DNA of 64,000 nt from Deltaproteobacteria bacterium (GTDB taxonomy: Bacteria; Desulfobacterota; Syntrophia; Syntrophales; UBA2210): NCBI GenBank assembly GCA_019313905.1, contig JAFDAI010000006.1:9264-73263 (forward strand), in the 5' to 3' direction. This document shows, one piece after another, positions 1-9,573 of the stretch. Made by a program: the position numbers and the translations under genes. How positions within the stretch are numbered: the stretch's first letter is position 1; each line of letters starts with the position of its first letter. The notes under the pieces were generated by a model. That model was given only the letters and a program-made list of their open reading frames with translations, ran no database searches and had not been told where the DNA came from.

Positions 1-1369
1 TTCCCGGCATAAGCACAAGACACGCGGGAATCAGGGAAGAGGAAATAAACACGGCGAACATTACGCCGACGGCGGAAGCTATGCCCCACTCACGCACAGC
101 CGAAACCTGGCTGGTTGCCAGCGTCATAAAAGCCATAAAGGTTGTCAGCCCGGCCAGAAGCACTGTCAGCGATATGTGAGACATAGACTCATAGAGGCCC
201 GTCTTCTTGTCCGTTTTCATAATGGTATTGAAATCGGAGTAATACTGATTGAGTATATGAATAGCGTAAGAGCTTCCCACTGCTATTATCAGCGGTGGAA
301 TGGATACACCGACCGGGGTTATCTTGTATCCGACATATCCCATAAGACCCAGAATCCACAGCTCTGCCAGTCCGAGCGTAACGAAGGGCAGCAGCACGCC
401 CCGAATTGATCGGAAATTGAAATAGAACACAATAACAACAACCAGCAGAACAAGGGAAACATTTTTGAATATATCATCGTGCATGTAATTGTTCATCTGC
501 ATATTTACGACCGGGACGCCCGAGGATATTATATCAAGGTCGTCACGGTGGCTGTCGATAACTTCCGTCATTTCGCGAACAACCGGGTCCTGATCATCGA
601 GATTGATAAACTTAACGACAACGCAAAAATCAGTTATTTTCCCTGTCTGAGGGTCTCTGCTGTATAGACCTTTTTCGAAGGAAGGATTACGCTCCAGTCT
701 CTGTCTGAATTCACCGATCTCTTTTTCGGACGAAGGGAGTATGCGTTTTCCGTCGTCATCTTTTTCGATAAGATCGTATGTTTCGAGGGTGTCGTTTTCG
801 CCGGTTATATCTTGCGACGTCAGTGGAGAAATAATCGAATCTATGACTTCCTTTCTCTTGAAGTCCATGGAATAAAGTATCTGTCCTCGCAGCTTTTTCA
901 GGTCGCTCCTGCTTAATATGCCGGTTTTGCCGAAGGCCCTGTCTGCTTTTCTTTCAAGCAGTCTCTGGAAGCCGGGATCATCGCGGAAGGCTGCCATAAG
1001 ATCATCATATCGAACGTTTTTATCTGATATTATCGAATCAAATTTCTTCAACCGGGAATTTTCTCTGTCCTTATCGAAGTCTTTATATCCCTCCAGGTCG
1101 GCAAGGAGGGCATCGAGTTCTCGGAAAGTTTCAGTGTTCCACAGATCATCACCGGACACGGCCATGATGATAAATCTGCCGTTATCACCGTAGATGTCTT
1201 TCAACTTGGTGTAATAAATATACTCACTGTCATCTTTGGGCATAAAGGACTCGACAGAGTTATCGAATTTCAACATGGTTATTCCGGGGACCAGTACCGC
1301 TGTGAAAATGACAAGCATGATCAGTATGGGTACGGGTCTTCGCAGGACAAAATTGATGTATCTATTCAT
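1..1369 (-). CDS. RND/MMPL-type membrane exporter, N-terminal part; gene runs off the left edge
   Basis: Absent from the ORF track because it is open at the window edge. Manual reverse translation from the ATG (complement of 1367-1369) gives MNRYINFVLRRPVPILIMLVIFTAVLVPGITMLKFDNSVESFMP..., then a large soluble loop, then a TM cluster ...LLPFVTLGLAELWILGLMGYVGYKITPVGVSIPPLIIAVGSSYAIHILNQYY.... This is the MMPL/HpnN-like layout. Confidence 0.6.
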   Translation of the reverse strand, partial: MNRYINFVLRRPVPILIMLVIFTAVLVPGITMLKFDNSVESFMPKDDSEYIYYTKLKDIYGDNGRFIIMAVSGDDLWNTETFRELDALLADLEGYKDFDKDRENSRLKKFDSIISDKNVRYDDLMAAFRDDPGFQRLLERKADRAFGKTGILSRSDLKKLRGQILYSMDFKRKEVIDSIISPLTSQDITGENDTLETYDLIEKDDDGKRILPSSEKEIGEFRQRLERNPSFEKGLYSRDPQTGKITDFCVVVKFINLDDQDPVVREMTEVIDSHRDDLDIISSGVPVVNMQMNNYMHDDIFKNVSLVLLVVVIVFYFNFRSIRGVLLPFVTLGLAELWILGLMGYVGYKITPVGVSIPPLIIAVGSSYAIHILNQYYSDFNTIMKTDKKTGLYESMSHISLTVLLAGLTTFMAFMTLATSQVSAVREWGIASAVGVMFAVFISSSLIPACLVLMPG

Positions 1370-1480
1370 AGAAAAACCTGATGGTGAACTTTTAGTCTAT
1401 TGCAGACACGAAACAGATGAAGTATATATATCCCATTACAATGTCAAACGATTTCTTCAACCAGACCAGGGGAACATAAA

Positions 1481-3055
1481 ATGAAGATAAGCAGTGTAGC
1501 ACAGATGAGAAATCTGGACAGGACAGCCATAGAGAAGTTCGGGATAGAAGACAAGCTGTTGATGGAAAACGCGGGTCTTGCCACGTTCGGCGTTATCCAG
1601 AGTAAATTGGGTGTAGGGGGCAGGAAGTTTGCTGTATTCTGCGGTGTTGGAAACAATGGAGGCGACGGGTGTGTTGTCGCGAGAAAACTGCACTCAAACG
1701 GCGGAGACGTAAAGGTTTTTATTGTTGGTAATCCGGATCGGTTCGCGGATTCCGCTAAGATGAATTTTAATATTATCAAAAAGCTTCCCGTAGAGATCAT
1801 AGAGATTGTTGATGCGGACTCCGTGAAGGCATATGTGCTCGATTCCGACGCGATTATAGACGCGATCTTCGGGACAGGCCTTGCGCGGGACGTCGAGGGA
1901 CTGTACCGGGATGTTATAGAAATGATAAATGCCGGCGGGAAACCGGTCTTCAGTGTTGACATACCATCGGGTGTCAACGGCGACACGGGAATGATTATGG
2001 GTGCAGCGGTGAAGGCGGATTACACCGTTACATTCGGACTGCCCAAGGCAGGGAATATGCTCTTTCCGGGATATGATCTGTGTGGAAAACTGTACGTGAC
2101 CCATATTTCGTTTCCCCCTTCACACTACAACGATGATTCCATAAATGTCGAAATCAATACTACGCCGGAGATTCCACCGAGAGGTGCTGACGTCCATAAG
2201 GGAGATTTAGGCAATGCACTCTTTATTGCAGGCGCCGCCGGTTATTTCGGAGCCCCTTATTTCGCAGCTTTTTCATTTATGAAAGCCGGGGGCGGATATT
2301 CGCGACTGGCATCCCCGCAGTCTATTACGTCCTTCATAGCCGACAAGGGAAGTGAGATTGTCTTTATCCCCCAGGAAGAGACAGCTTCCGGCAGTATCGC
2401 TTCCAAAAATAAAGATGATCTGCTGAAACTTTCAGAGAAGATGGATATGGTTGTGCTGGGGCCGGGTCTGTCGCTTGATGAAGAAACGCAGATGCTCGTG
2501 AGGGAACTCGCACGCGGGATCACAAAGCCCCTGCTGATAGATGGGGATGGGATTACCGCTCTGTGCGCGGATCTTCAGATTATCAGAAAAAGAACGGCGC
2601 CTACCATCCTGACGCCTCATCTGGGCGAGATGTCCAGAATCACGGGCGTTGATGTGGAAGAGATACAGGCGGACAGGATAAATATACTGCAGAACGCAGC
2701 CCGGGACCTGAACGCGATTATTGTAATGAAGGGCGCTCACTCGCTTACAGGATATCCCGATGGAAGAATTTTTATAAATCTCAGCGGAAATCCGGGGATG
2801 GCAACGGCCGGATCGGGTGATGTGCTCACCGGCACAATTGCCGCCATGTTCGGACTGGGATTGCCCATCGGGGAAGCGGTCAGAAAGGGTGTGTTCATGC
2901 ATGGAGTCTCCGGCGACCTCGCCGCGGAATGTGAAGGGGAAGATGGCATGACAGCTCAAGATATTATGGATTATCTTCCTCTCGCGGTAAAGATGGATCG
3001 TGAAGGCCTGGATGATGCCCTTCGCGGGAGATATGAGGGGGTGACTGTGATATGA
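1481..3055 (+). CDS. nnr: bifunctional NAD(P)H-hydrate repair enzyme (YjeF epimerase + ADP-dependent dehydratase)
   Basis: 524-aa ORF. N-terminal FCGVGNNGGDG motif (YjeF_N) and C-terminal carbohydrate-kinase-like GPGLS...GSGDVLTG motifs. Confidence 0.85.
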   Translation: MKISSVAQMRNLDRTAIEKFGIEDKLLMENAGLATFGVIQSKLGVGGRKFAVFCGVGNNGGDGCVVARKLHSNGGDVKVFIVGNPDRFADSAKMNFNIIKKLPVEIIEIVDADSVKAYVLDSDAIIDAIFGTGLARDVEGLYRDVIEMINAGGKPVFSVDIPSGVNGDTGMIMGAAVKADYTVTFGLPKAGNMLFPGYDLCGKLYVTHISFPPSHYNDDSINVEINTTPEIPPRGADVHKGDLGNALFIAGAAGYFGAPYFAAFSFMKAGGGYSRLASPQSITSFIADKGSEIVFIPQEETASGSIASKNKDDLLKLSEKMDMVVLGPGLSLDEETQMLVRELARGITKPLLIDGDGITALCADLQIIRKRTAPTILTPHLGEMSRITGVDVEEIQADRINILQNAARDLNAIIVMKGAHSLTGYPDGRIFINLSGNPGMATAGSGDVLTGTIAAMFGLGLPIGEAVRKGVFMHGVSGDLAAECEGEDGMTAQDIMDYLPLAVKMDREGLDDALRGRYEGVTVI

Positions 3056-3064
3056 AGCCGAAGA

Positions 3065-4129
3065 CTATACGGAGAGGTCGATATTGATAGTATACTGAAG
3101 TATCACGTAGATCAGGTAGATACCCAGCAGCCACACCCCCTGCCACTTTCTAAACCCCCCGTCCCTGTTCATAAAGACGAATGTCCTGAATGAGTATAGG
3201 ATAATGAGCATGACGGGAAAGTGAAAGATGAAAAAGTTTGGCGATATGTACAGTGGCCTTGCAGCTGCCGCGGCTCCTATGACAAAGAGGCAATTGAGCA
3301 CGTCGGCTCCCACGATATTTCCGACGATGATATCCGGGTGACCCTTCCGGATGGATGCAAAGGCGGTCATGAGTTCCGGCAGTGAAGTGCCGAGGGCCAC
3401 CATGGTGGCGGCTATGACATCCTCAGGTACACCGATTCGCAGCGCGATTTCCGCCGCCGCGGGAACGAGTATACGCGCCCCGGCGACTACCATAAACAAT
3501 CCCCCCACAACCATTGCCCAACACCTGCCCATATTGATGATCTCGGCGTCGCTGTGATTCTCTTCATTTGGGCCTGTGTCCTGTCTGGACCATCTATAAG
3601 TCAGGTACATATAACCCGCGAGGAGTGTCAGGAAAAAGATTCCCACCCACCTGTTCAGCACTGGTTGGCCGGACATTGAAACGAAAGCGTGGATGGAAAT
3701 AATGACCAGCAGTGTGGCAACTCCCACCTGCACCCAGCCCGTCCTGTTGAGGATGAAGCGATTGACCGGAATCGGCGCCAATATGCAGGCAAGACCGAAG
3801 ATCAGACCTGTGTCGGCGATTATAGAACCGACGCCATTTCCCAGGGCGAGACCCGGATTTCCCATCCATGCCGCCATTACTGACACGAACGCCTCCGGCA
3901 TTGTAGTGCCGAGAGAGATAATGGTCGCGCCGATTACGATCTTGGGAAGACCGGTTCGTTTTGCCAGCGCGACAACGCCGTCTATCATCCAATTCGCGCC
4001 TATGGACAGGAGAGCAATGCAGATGACGATTAAGAGCAGGAGGAGAAGGGCAGGGGCCCCCGCCATCAGATTGTGAAGGACAGTTGCGTCCCATAGCCAG
4101 CGAAAAATTTCCATATAATGACCGCTCAC
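3065..4129 (-). CDS. CaCA-family sodium/calcium (cation/Ca2+) antiporter, YrbG-like
   Basis: 354-aa polytopic ORF with two alpha-repeat signatures, GTTMPE and GTSLPEL. Confidence 0.75.
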   Translation of the reverse strand: MSGHYMEIFRWLWDATVLHNLMAGAPALLLLLLIVICIALLSIGANWMIDGVVALAKRTGLPKIVIGATIISLGTTMPEAFVSVMAAWMGNPGLALGNGVGSIIADTGLIFGLACILAPIPVNRFILNRTGWVQVGVATLLVIISIHAFVSMSGQPVLNRWVGIFFLTLLAGYMYLTYRWSRQDTGPNEENHSDAEIINMGRCWAMVVGGLFMVVAGARILVPAAAEIALRIGVPEDVIAATMVALGTSLPELMTAFASIRKGHPDIIVGNIVGADVLNCLFVIGAAAAARPLYISPNFFIFHFPVMLIILYSFRTFVFMNRDGGFRKWQGVWLLGIYLIYVILQYTINIDLSV

Positions 4130-4207
4130 TTTATTAAGAACAGGTGGCTGCTGTTTGAAATACAGAGGGTTTCCACTATGCTCATATCATAATAATAAAA
4201 CGTTTTT

Positions 4208-4480
4208 TCAGGCCCTAAAAATAGTCAGAGCGCCAATAGCGATAAAACCGATACCTGCAATTACGGAGAGATGTTTCTCACTAATATAATTGGAAATAAA
4301 ACTGCCTGCAAGGACACCGATTGCCGATGCGACAATGAGAGCCAGAGACGCACCCAAGAACACGGTCAGCTTGCTCACGCCCTTGTCCGTCGCGAAGAGC
4401 ATGGTGGCCAGCTGCGTTTTGTCACCGAGTTCCGCGATAAAGACAGCGGAAAATACGATAGAAAGAACTTTTATATCCAC
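4208..4480 (-). CDS. half-size GDT1/TMEM165 (UPF0016) family cation transporter subunit
   Basis: 90-aa, 3-TM ORF with the family signature ELGDKTQLAT. GTG start preceded by AAGGAG. Confidence 0.7.
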   Translation of the reverse strand: MDIKVLSIVFSAVFIAELGDKTQLATMLFATDKGVSKLTVFLGASLALIVASAIGVLAGSFISNYISEKHLSVIAGIGFIAIGALTIFRA

Positions 4481-4730
4481 GAGTTTCTCCTTGTTCAGTC
4501 ACCCAAAAGTGCGATAAAAAATTGAGTTATGTGCCAGATTCCAATAAATACGTTCTTTAAGCGTACATTAAATATATATATGACGTCAAGCTTTTGACCA
4601 TTCTTTCGGAGGATGGTTATTGTATAGTCTTTTATAATGTCCGGGTTGTATCTTGTGGTTTCAACGAAAATGTATTACATAACCGAGGTAAATCAGGTCA
4701 TTAAATCAGTATCACAGGAGTTTAATAATC

Positions 4731-5804
4731 ATGACAATCTCGCGAAAAGTCGAAGGTTTTATGTCAAAGTCTTCCTGGATAAGGAGGATGTTTGAGGATG
4801 GGATAAAGCTGAAGGAAAAATATGGCGCGGAAAACGTGTTCGACTTCAGTCTCGGAAATCCCAATGTTGCTCCCCCCGACAGGTTCAGAGAACTGTTGTC
4901 GGAGATTGCGGGTGAGAGCGTGCCGGGTGCCCACAAGTACATGCCGAATGTCGGTTACGCGCGGACCAGGGCTGAGATCGCGGCACATCTTTCCGGTGAG
5001 CATTCGGTGGCCCTGTCTCCGGAACATGTTATTATGACCTGCGGAGCGGGAGGAGCGCTGAATGTTGTATTTAAAACGCTTCTTGATCCTGGGGAAGAGG
5101 TCATCATACTGAAGCCGTTTTTTGCCGAATACACCTTTTATGTGGATAATCATGGCGGAACTTCCGTATTTGTAGAGACAAATGAGGACTTTTCCCTGAA
5201 TCTGGATGCCATAGAGAGGGTGGTGACAGAGAAAACAAAGATTATCTTAATAAATTCTCCTAACAATCCAACCGGAAAGATATATGACGAGGAGTCCATA
5301 AGGGGCCTTTCGCTGCTTATCGAGAAGAAGGAAAGGGAATATGGTAAAGAGATATATCTTGTTTCTGATGAACCTTACAGCGCGATAGCTTACGATGGAA
5401 TAAAAGTTCCAGGCATTCTTGGCGCCTGCAAGAACAGCATAATAGTCACGTCATATTCAAAGAGCCTGTCCATTCCGGGTGAAAGGATTGGTTATATAGC
5501 TCTCAGCCCCGGGATATCGGATATTGATAAGCTTATCGGGGGAATTGCCCTGTGCAATAGAATACTCGGTTTTGTGAATGCTCCGGCGTTTATGCAGAGG
5601 ATCGTGGAGCGGATGCAGGGAATATATGTCGATATTGAGCACTACAGAAGAAAACGGGATCTGTTGTGTGACGGCCTGTGGAAAGCAGGATTCGAGTTTG
5701 AAAAGCCTGAAGGCGCCTTCTATCTCTTTCCCAGAACACCGATAGACGATGATGTAGAATTTGTCCGCGCGCTGCAGGAGAAAAATATCCTTGTTGTCCC
5801 CTGA
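4731..5804 (+). CDS. class I/II PLP-dependent aminotransferase (aspartate/alanine aminotransferase-like), 3' end disrupted
   Basis: NSPNNPTG and SYSKSLSIPGERIGY (PLP-Lys) motifs. The ORF ends prematurely at ...NILVVP*. See the detached tail at 5803-5871. Confidence 0.75.
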   Translation: MTISRKVEGFMSKSSWIRRMFEDGIKLKEKYGAENVFDFSLGNPNVAPPDRFRELLSEIAGESVPGAHKYMPNVGYARTRAEIAAHLSGEHSVALSPEHVIMTCGAGGALNVVFKTLLDPGEEVIILKPFFAEYTFYVDNHGGTSVFVETNEDFSLNLDAIERVVTEKTKIILINSPNNPTGKIYDEESIRGLSLLIEKKEREYGKEIYLVSDEPYSAIAYDGIKVPGILGACKNSIIVTSYSKSLSIPGERIGYIALSPGISDIDKLIGGIALCNRILGFVNAPAFMQRIVERMQGIYVDIEHYRRKRDLLCDGLWKAGFEFEKPEGAFYLFPRTPIDDDVEFVRALQEKNILVVP

Positions 5805-5871
5805 CGATTCCACGATTATAAACTCTATGGATGGCTTTGAAGCCGTTATGAAAAAGTACAGAAAGAGTTAG
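5803..5871 (+). pseudogene. detached C-terminal tail of the aminotransferase in the +1 frame
   Basis: Manual translation gives DDSTIINSMDGFEAVMKKYRKS*, the normal end of this family. The intervening GxGFG...FRIxYCV segment is missing. Confidence 0.55.
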
Positions 5872-5879
5872 TAAGTTAG

Positions 5880-5915
5880 AAATTATTTTCTGCGTTTTTT
5901 GGCAGAAAATAATTT
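5880..5915 (+). terminator. 14-bp perfect hairpin downstream of the aminotransferase
   Basis: AAATTATTTTCTGC (5880-5893), 8-nt loop, GCAGAAAATAATTT (5902-5915), followed by T-rich sequence. The AT-rich stem makes terminator function uncertain. Confidence 0.4.
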
Positions 5916-6025
5916 TGTTAACGCATTAGTAAGATAGAAGTTGCTTTCTCGTGGAAAGCGACTTCATTATCGCACTTATCCCCTTTGGGGGGCTTATCCC
6001 GTTTATCGGGGTTAGGAGAGTTTCA

Positions 6026-6364
6026 ATGGAAGAACACCGGCCATGGGGATATTATCAGGTACTTTCTGATGAAGCTGATCACAAAGTAAAGAGGATTGTT
6101 GTTTATCCCGGCAAACGTTTGAGCCTCCAGAGACACCGTCGTCGTGATGAACACTGGTATCTGCTGACCGGGGAGGGCATTGTCACCATCGGCAGTGAAG
6201 ATCTGCATGTAAAAAGAGGACAATCGGTGGATATTCCAAGAGGCGCGCTGCATCGTATGATGAATTCCGGGACAGGGCCTGTAATGTTTATAGAAGTCCA
6301 GACGGGCGATTACTTTGGTGAAGACGATATCGAGCGGGTTGAGGATGATTATGGACGGGTCTAA
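6026..6364 (+). CDS. cupin-domain protein (type II phosphomannose isomerase C-terminal domain-like)
   Basis: RPWGYY...KRIVVYPGKRLSLQRHRRRDEHWYLLTGEG...IPRGALHRMMN is the cupin GxxxSxQxHxxRxExW pattern. ATG at 6026 is preceded by AGGAGAG. The track's upstream GTG start (5951) is unlikely. Confidence 0.7.
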   Translation: MEEHRPWGYYQVLSDEADHKVKRIVVYPGKRLSLQRHRRRDEHWYLLTGEGIVTIGSEDLHVKRGQSVDIPRGALHRMMNSGTGPVMFIEVQTGDYFGEDDIERVEDDYGRV

Positions 6365-6378
6365 ATCGAGTGGCTGAT

Positions 6379-7179
6379 ATGGAAGTTGTAAAGATTACCA
6401 TACTTGGATCGGGGACATGTGTTCCATCTCTTGTGCGCAGTTCCTGCTCTGTGCTTATGGAGATGGGCGGCGCGAGACTCGTGTTTGACATGGGTATCGG
6501 CACGATGAGACGTCTCCTCGAATCGGGCGTCACGATAGGTGAGGTATCCCATATCTTTTTCAGTCACCTTCATCCTGATCATACCGGCGAGCTGGTCAAT
6601 TTTCTCTTCGCGAGCAAGTATCCGGAGGGGAGCCGGAGACGCGACAGGCTCAGAATTACAGCCGCCGCGGGATTTATGGATTTTTATGAAGGGTTGAGGG
6701 ATGTGTATGGACAGTGGGTGGAGCTGGAAGAAGGAATCGTGGATATTGTTGAGATGAGCAATTCAGGGCCGGATTCCATTCAACTCGATTTTGCGGCTAT
6801 AAATACCCTTCCCATGGCACATATAGAAAGCAGTATTGGTTACCGCGTGACGACACCTGACAATATATCCATTGTTTATACAGGGGACACTGGTTACTGT
6901 GAAAACGCGGTAAAGCTCGCCATGGATGCCGATTTGCTTATATGTGAATCCGCGTTTCCGGATGAGCTGAAGGTTGACGGTCATCTGACTCCCTCGCTCG
7001 CGGGCAGGATTGCCTCTGAGGCCCGCGTGAAGAACCTTGTCCTCACGCACTTTTATCCTGAGTGCGAAGGGGTTGATATCGAGGCACAATGTCGAAAAAC
7101 ATATGGTGGCAGGCTTGTGTGTGCCGAGGATCTTATGCGGATTGAGATCGCGGAGGGACACCTCACCCTCTTGGAATAA
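6379..7179 (+). CDS. MBL-fold metallo-hydrolase (RNase Z-like)
   Basis: HLHPDHTGE metal-binding motif. ILGSGT start typical of RNase Z/MBL proteins. Confidence 0.7.
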   Translation: MEVVKITILGSGTCVPSLVRSSCSVLMEMGGARLVFDMGIGTMRRLLESGVTIGEVSHIFFSHLHPDHTGELVNFLFASKYPEGSRRRDRLRITAAAGFMDFYEGLRDVYGQWVELEEGIVDIVEMSNSGPDSIQLDFAAINTLPMAHIESSIGYRVTTPDNISIVYTGDTGYCENAVKLAMDADLLICESAFPDELKVDGHLTPSLAGRIASEARVKNLVLTHFYPECEGVDIEAQCRKTYGGRLVCAEDLMRIEIAEGHLTLLE

Positions 7180-7257
7180 GGGGATGTGTTACCTTATAAC
7201 CATTGAAGGGGTAAAAGAAGAAGTGGCGCCGGATCAATGCATGCACCGGAGTGAACT

Positions 7258-8709
7258 GTGATGAAGATGCAACTGCCGTTACATAAGACCAAAATAATCT
7301 GCACGATCGGTCCCGCCTCGCAGTCGGAAACGGTTCTATCTGATATGATGCGCAGGGGGATGACCATCGCCCGAATCAACTTCTCCCACGGTACCCTGGA
7401 AGAGCACCAACAGACCATCGCCTCCATACGAATGGTGGCGGAGAAACTTGGCAGGCGCTGTCCCATCCTTGTCGATCTACCTGGTCCGAAGATGCGGATC
7501 GGTAAACTGGAGAAGGAACCGCTGTTTCTCACGAAGGGAACAGAGGTTACGTTAACCACCAGGAACGTTTTGGGTACACCGGCCATTATCCCCGTGACTT
7601 ACCGGAGACTTCCAGAAAGCGTTTCACCGGGGAGTGTTATCTATCTTAATGATGGTTTCATCGCCATGGAGGTGATAACGGTCCTGGACGATGAGGTTTT
7701 GTGCACGGTGACGATGGGAGGACAGCTCCTCTCTGGGAAGGGTCTCAATCTTCCCGGGGCAAAGATCTTCATGAATCCCGTTACCGACCGGGACCTCGAA
7801 CTGATGGACTTCACCCTCGGGGAGGGTATCACCACCTTCAGTACATCTTTCGTCGAAACGGCGGATGATATCATCCGGGCAAAAATGTTTGCCCGGGAGA
7901 AGGGCAGGGAAATCTATGTTGTAGCGAAGATCGAGCGAGCAGCCGCCGTCGAGAATATTGATGAAATCCTTGAAGTCGCGGATGCCATTATGATCGCCCG
8001 TGGTGATCTGGGGGTCGAAATCCCCATCGAAGAGGTTCCCATTGTTCAGAAGCAGTTGATTCGAAAGGCCAACCTCTCCTGCCGTCCCATTATCACGGCG
8101 ACGCAGATGCTGGAATCCATGATCGACAACACCCGTCCCACCAGGGCGGAGGCGACCGATGTCGCCAATGCCATTCTGGACGGCACCGATGCCGTTATGA
8201 TGTCTGAGGAGACGGCAATCGGCCAGTACCCCGTCGAAGCCGTGGAGGTAATGGCACGGATTGCCATCGCCCTGGAACGGCAGCGGCACATGATACGGTC
8301 ATCCATTTTCCTTCAGGAGCAGCTGAAAGAAGAACTGGTCAACCGCCAGATAACCGTTCCGGACACCGTTTCACTGAATGTTTCCGAGGCGGTCCGGGCG
8401 CTGGGTTGCCCCTTTGTCCTGACGGCTACTTCAGGGGGGATGACGGCGCGCCGCGTGTCGAGGCTCAAGCCTGACAGCTGGATTATAGCCTGCAATAACG
8501 ATGAACGGATCTGCGATTTTCTCCGGTTTTCATACGGTGTCTTTCCCATACTCATGGACACCGGCATCCGGAAATGGTACCGGAAGCTGATAAACCTTCT
8601 CAAGAATTCAGGACTTATCCGAAGGGGAGACAGGGTCATCCTGACGGAGGGCAAGTTCTCAGGCACGACGGGGGGAACCGACTCTCTGGGGATTATTACG
8701 ATCTCATAG
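7258..8709 (+). CDS. pyk: pyruvate kinase
   Basis: 483-aa ORF with KIICTIGPAS, ARINFSHG, MIARGDLGVEIP and TQMLESM motifs. The start could be the ATG at 7261. Confidence 0.9.
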   Translation: MMKMQLPLHKTKIICTIGPASQSETVLSDMMRRGMTIARINFSHGTLEEHQQTIASIRMVAEKLGRRCPILVDLPGPKMRIGKLEKEPLFLTKGTEVTLTTRNVLGTPAIIPVTYRRLPESVSPGSVIYLNDGFIAMEVITVLDDEVLCTVTMGGQLLSGKGLNLPGAKIFMNPVTDRDLELMDFTLGEGITTFSTSFVETADDIIRAKMFAREKGREIYVVAKIERAAAVENIDEILEVADAIMIARGDLGVEIPIEEVPIVQKQLIRKANLSCRPIITATQMLESMIDNTRPTRAEATDVANAILDGTDAVMMSEETAIGQYPVEAVEVMARIAIALERQRHMIRSSIFLQEQLKEELVNRQITVPDTVSLNVSEAVRALGCPFVLTATSGGMTARRVSRLKPDSWIIACNNDERICDFLRFSYGVFPILMDTGIRKWYRKLINLLKNSGLIRRGDRVILTEGKFSGTTGGTDSLGIITIS

Positions 8710-8757
8710 CCCCTTCGTGAACGAGGCACGAACGGTTGAGACCTTTGCATAACGTCC

Positions 8758-8858
8758 CCTTTTGCCCAATTTCTGCGTCAGGCTCAAATTTTAATCCTCG
8801 AAATATCCAATATATTCCTGTGGTTAAAATCTTCGCCTTCCTTGAACTTGAACAAAAT
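8758..8858 (+). repeat. copy 1 of a ~100-nt structured dispersed element (partner at 24672-24780, opposite orientation)
   Basis: Manual alignment to the reverse complement of 24672-24780. The 55-nt core has about 43 identical positions, with conserved flanks TTTYGCCCAATYTCTG and CCTTGAMCTTGAAC. A hairpin is maintained by compensatory changes. Confidence 0.6.
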
Positions 8859-8947
8859 TGAATATTCTGCAAAGACCTCCGGTTGGCTGTAAGGCCTCAC
8901 GGCTGTGACGGAGATACTGGCGTGACCCTGTAATAGCAGTATGCAAT

Positions 8948-9430
8948 TCAGATATCTTCAAACTGGCCAAGTTCAACGTTTTTCCTGACCCTGCCGGAAT
9001 CAAAAATCCGTCCGTTCATCACGATGTATACACCCGGCGGCAACAATTGGACCGCGGCTATGGCGCATCCGATATTGAATTCCGCGTCACTCGATCTGAA
9101 TCTTGCCGGTTCCATCGAGCCGGTAAGAACTATCACTTTGTCCGGCACTGATCGTAGTATTTCTGCGGTTTGCACCATGGTATCGGTTCCGTGCGTTATC
9201 ACAATGTGCCGGTGTTTTTCTTCTGCTACCCTGCCCAGGATTATTTGACGTTCCTCATCTGTGATGTCCAGGCTGTCTTTCCTGAGGATGGATTCGCATT
9301 CGTATTCGAAAACGACATTTACTTCCTTCAATATCTCGTGGAGACGGGAATCTCCTACCTGATAGTTGTTTTTCCTGTCGAAATACACCTTGTCTATTGT
9401 GCCTCCGACTGTGAAAAATTTGATTTTCAT
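8948..9430 (-). CDS. asparaginase-domain protein (single N-terminal-type domain)
   Basis: MKIKFFTVGGTIDK...HIVITHGTDTM matches the L-asparaginase N-terminal TGGTI / HGTDT motifs. Start chosen at the internal ATG. Confidence 0.6.
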   Translation of the reverse strand: MKIKFFTVGGTIDKVYFDRKNNYQVGDSRLHEILKEVNVVFEYECESILRKDSLDITDEERQIILGRVAEEKHRHIVITHGTDTMVQTAEILRSVPDKVIVLTGSMEPARFRSSDAEFNIGCAIAAVQLLPPGVYIVMNGRIFDSGRVRKNVELGQFEDI

Positions 9431-9512
9431 GATTTGCACCCGGACGTTTTTTCTAAGGGACATAATAACAGGTAATCCTGTTTGTCAAGATGAAAGGTTT
9501 GCGCAAACAATG

Positions 9513-9546
9513 TAAAAAAGGCGTCCCATCCTGCAGGAGACGCCTT
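9513..9546 (-). terminator. rho-independent terminator of the YtfJ-like gene
   Basis: On the minus strand, GGCGTC...GACGCC stem with an inner TCCTGCAGGA palindrome, followed by TTTTTT. It lies 28 nt after the stop codon. Confidence 0.7.
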
Positions 9547-9573
9547 TTATGTATTTGTAATACCCGGGAATAT

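Noticed and set aside
1444-2104. Antisense ORFs opposite nnr (180 aa, 136 aa). Similar antisense ORFs lie opposite pyk (7624-8289), topA, the kinase and other genes
   Set aside because: All overlap strongly supported sense-strand genes, and their translations are Ser/Pro/Arg-rich with no motifs. They are typical shadow ORFs.
4481-4700. Possible yybP-ykoY (Mn2+) riboswitch upstream of the GDT1/UPF0016 transporter
   Set aside because: UPF0016, TerC and MntP genes are often controlled by this riboswitch, so I read the minus-strand leader. It lacks the conserved GGGGAGUAG and matching UUGACAUA/AGCAAGACC-type elements. Only a fortuitous CTTGACGTCA is present.
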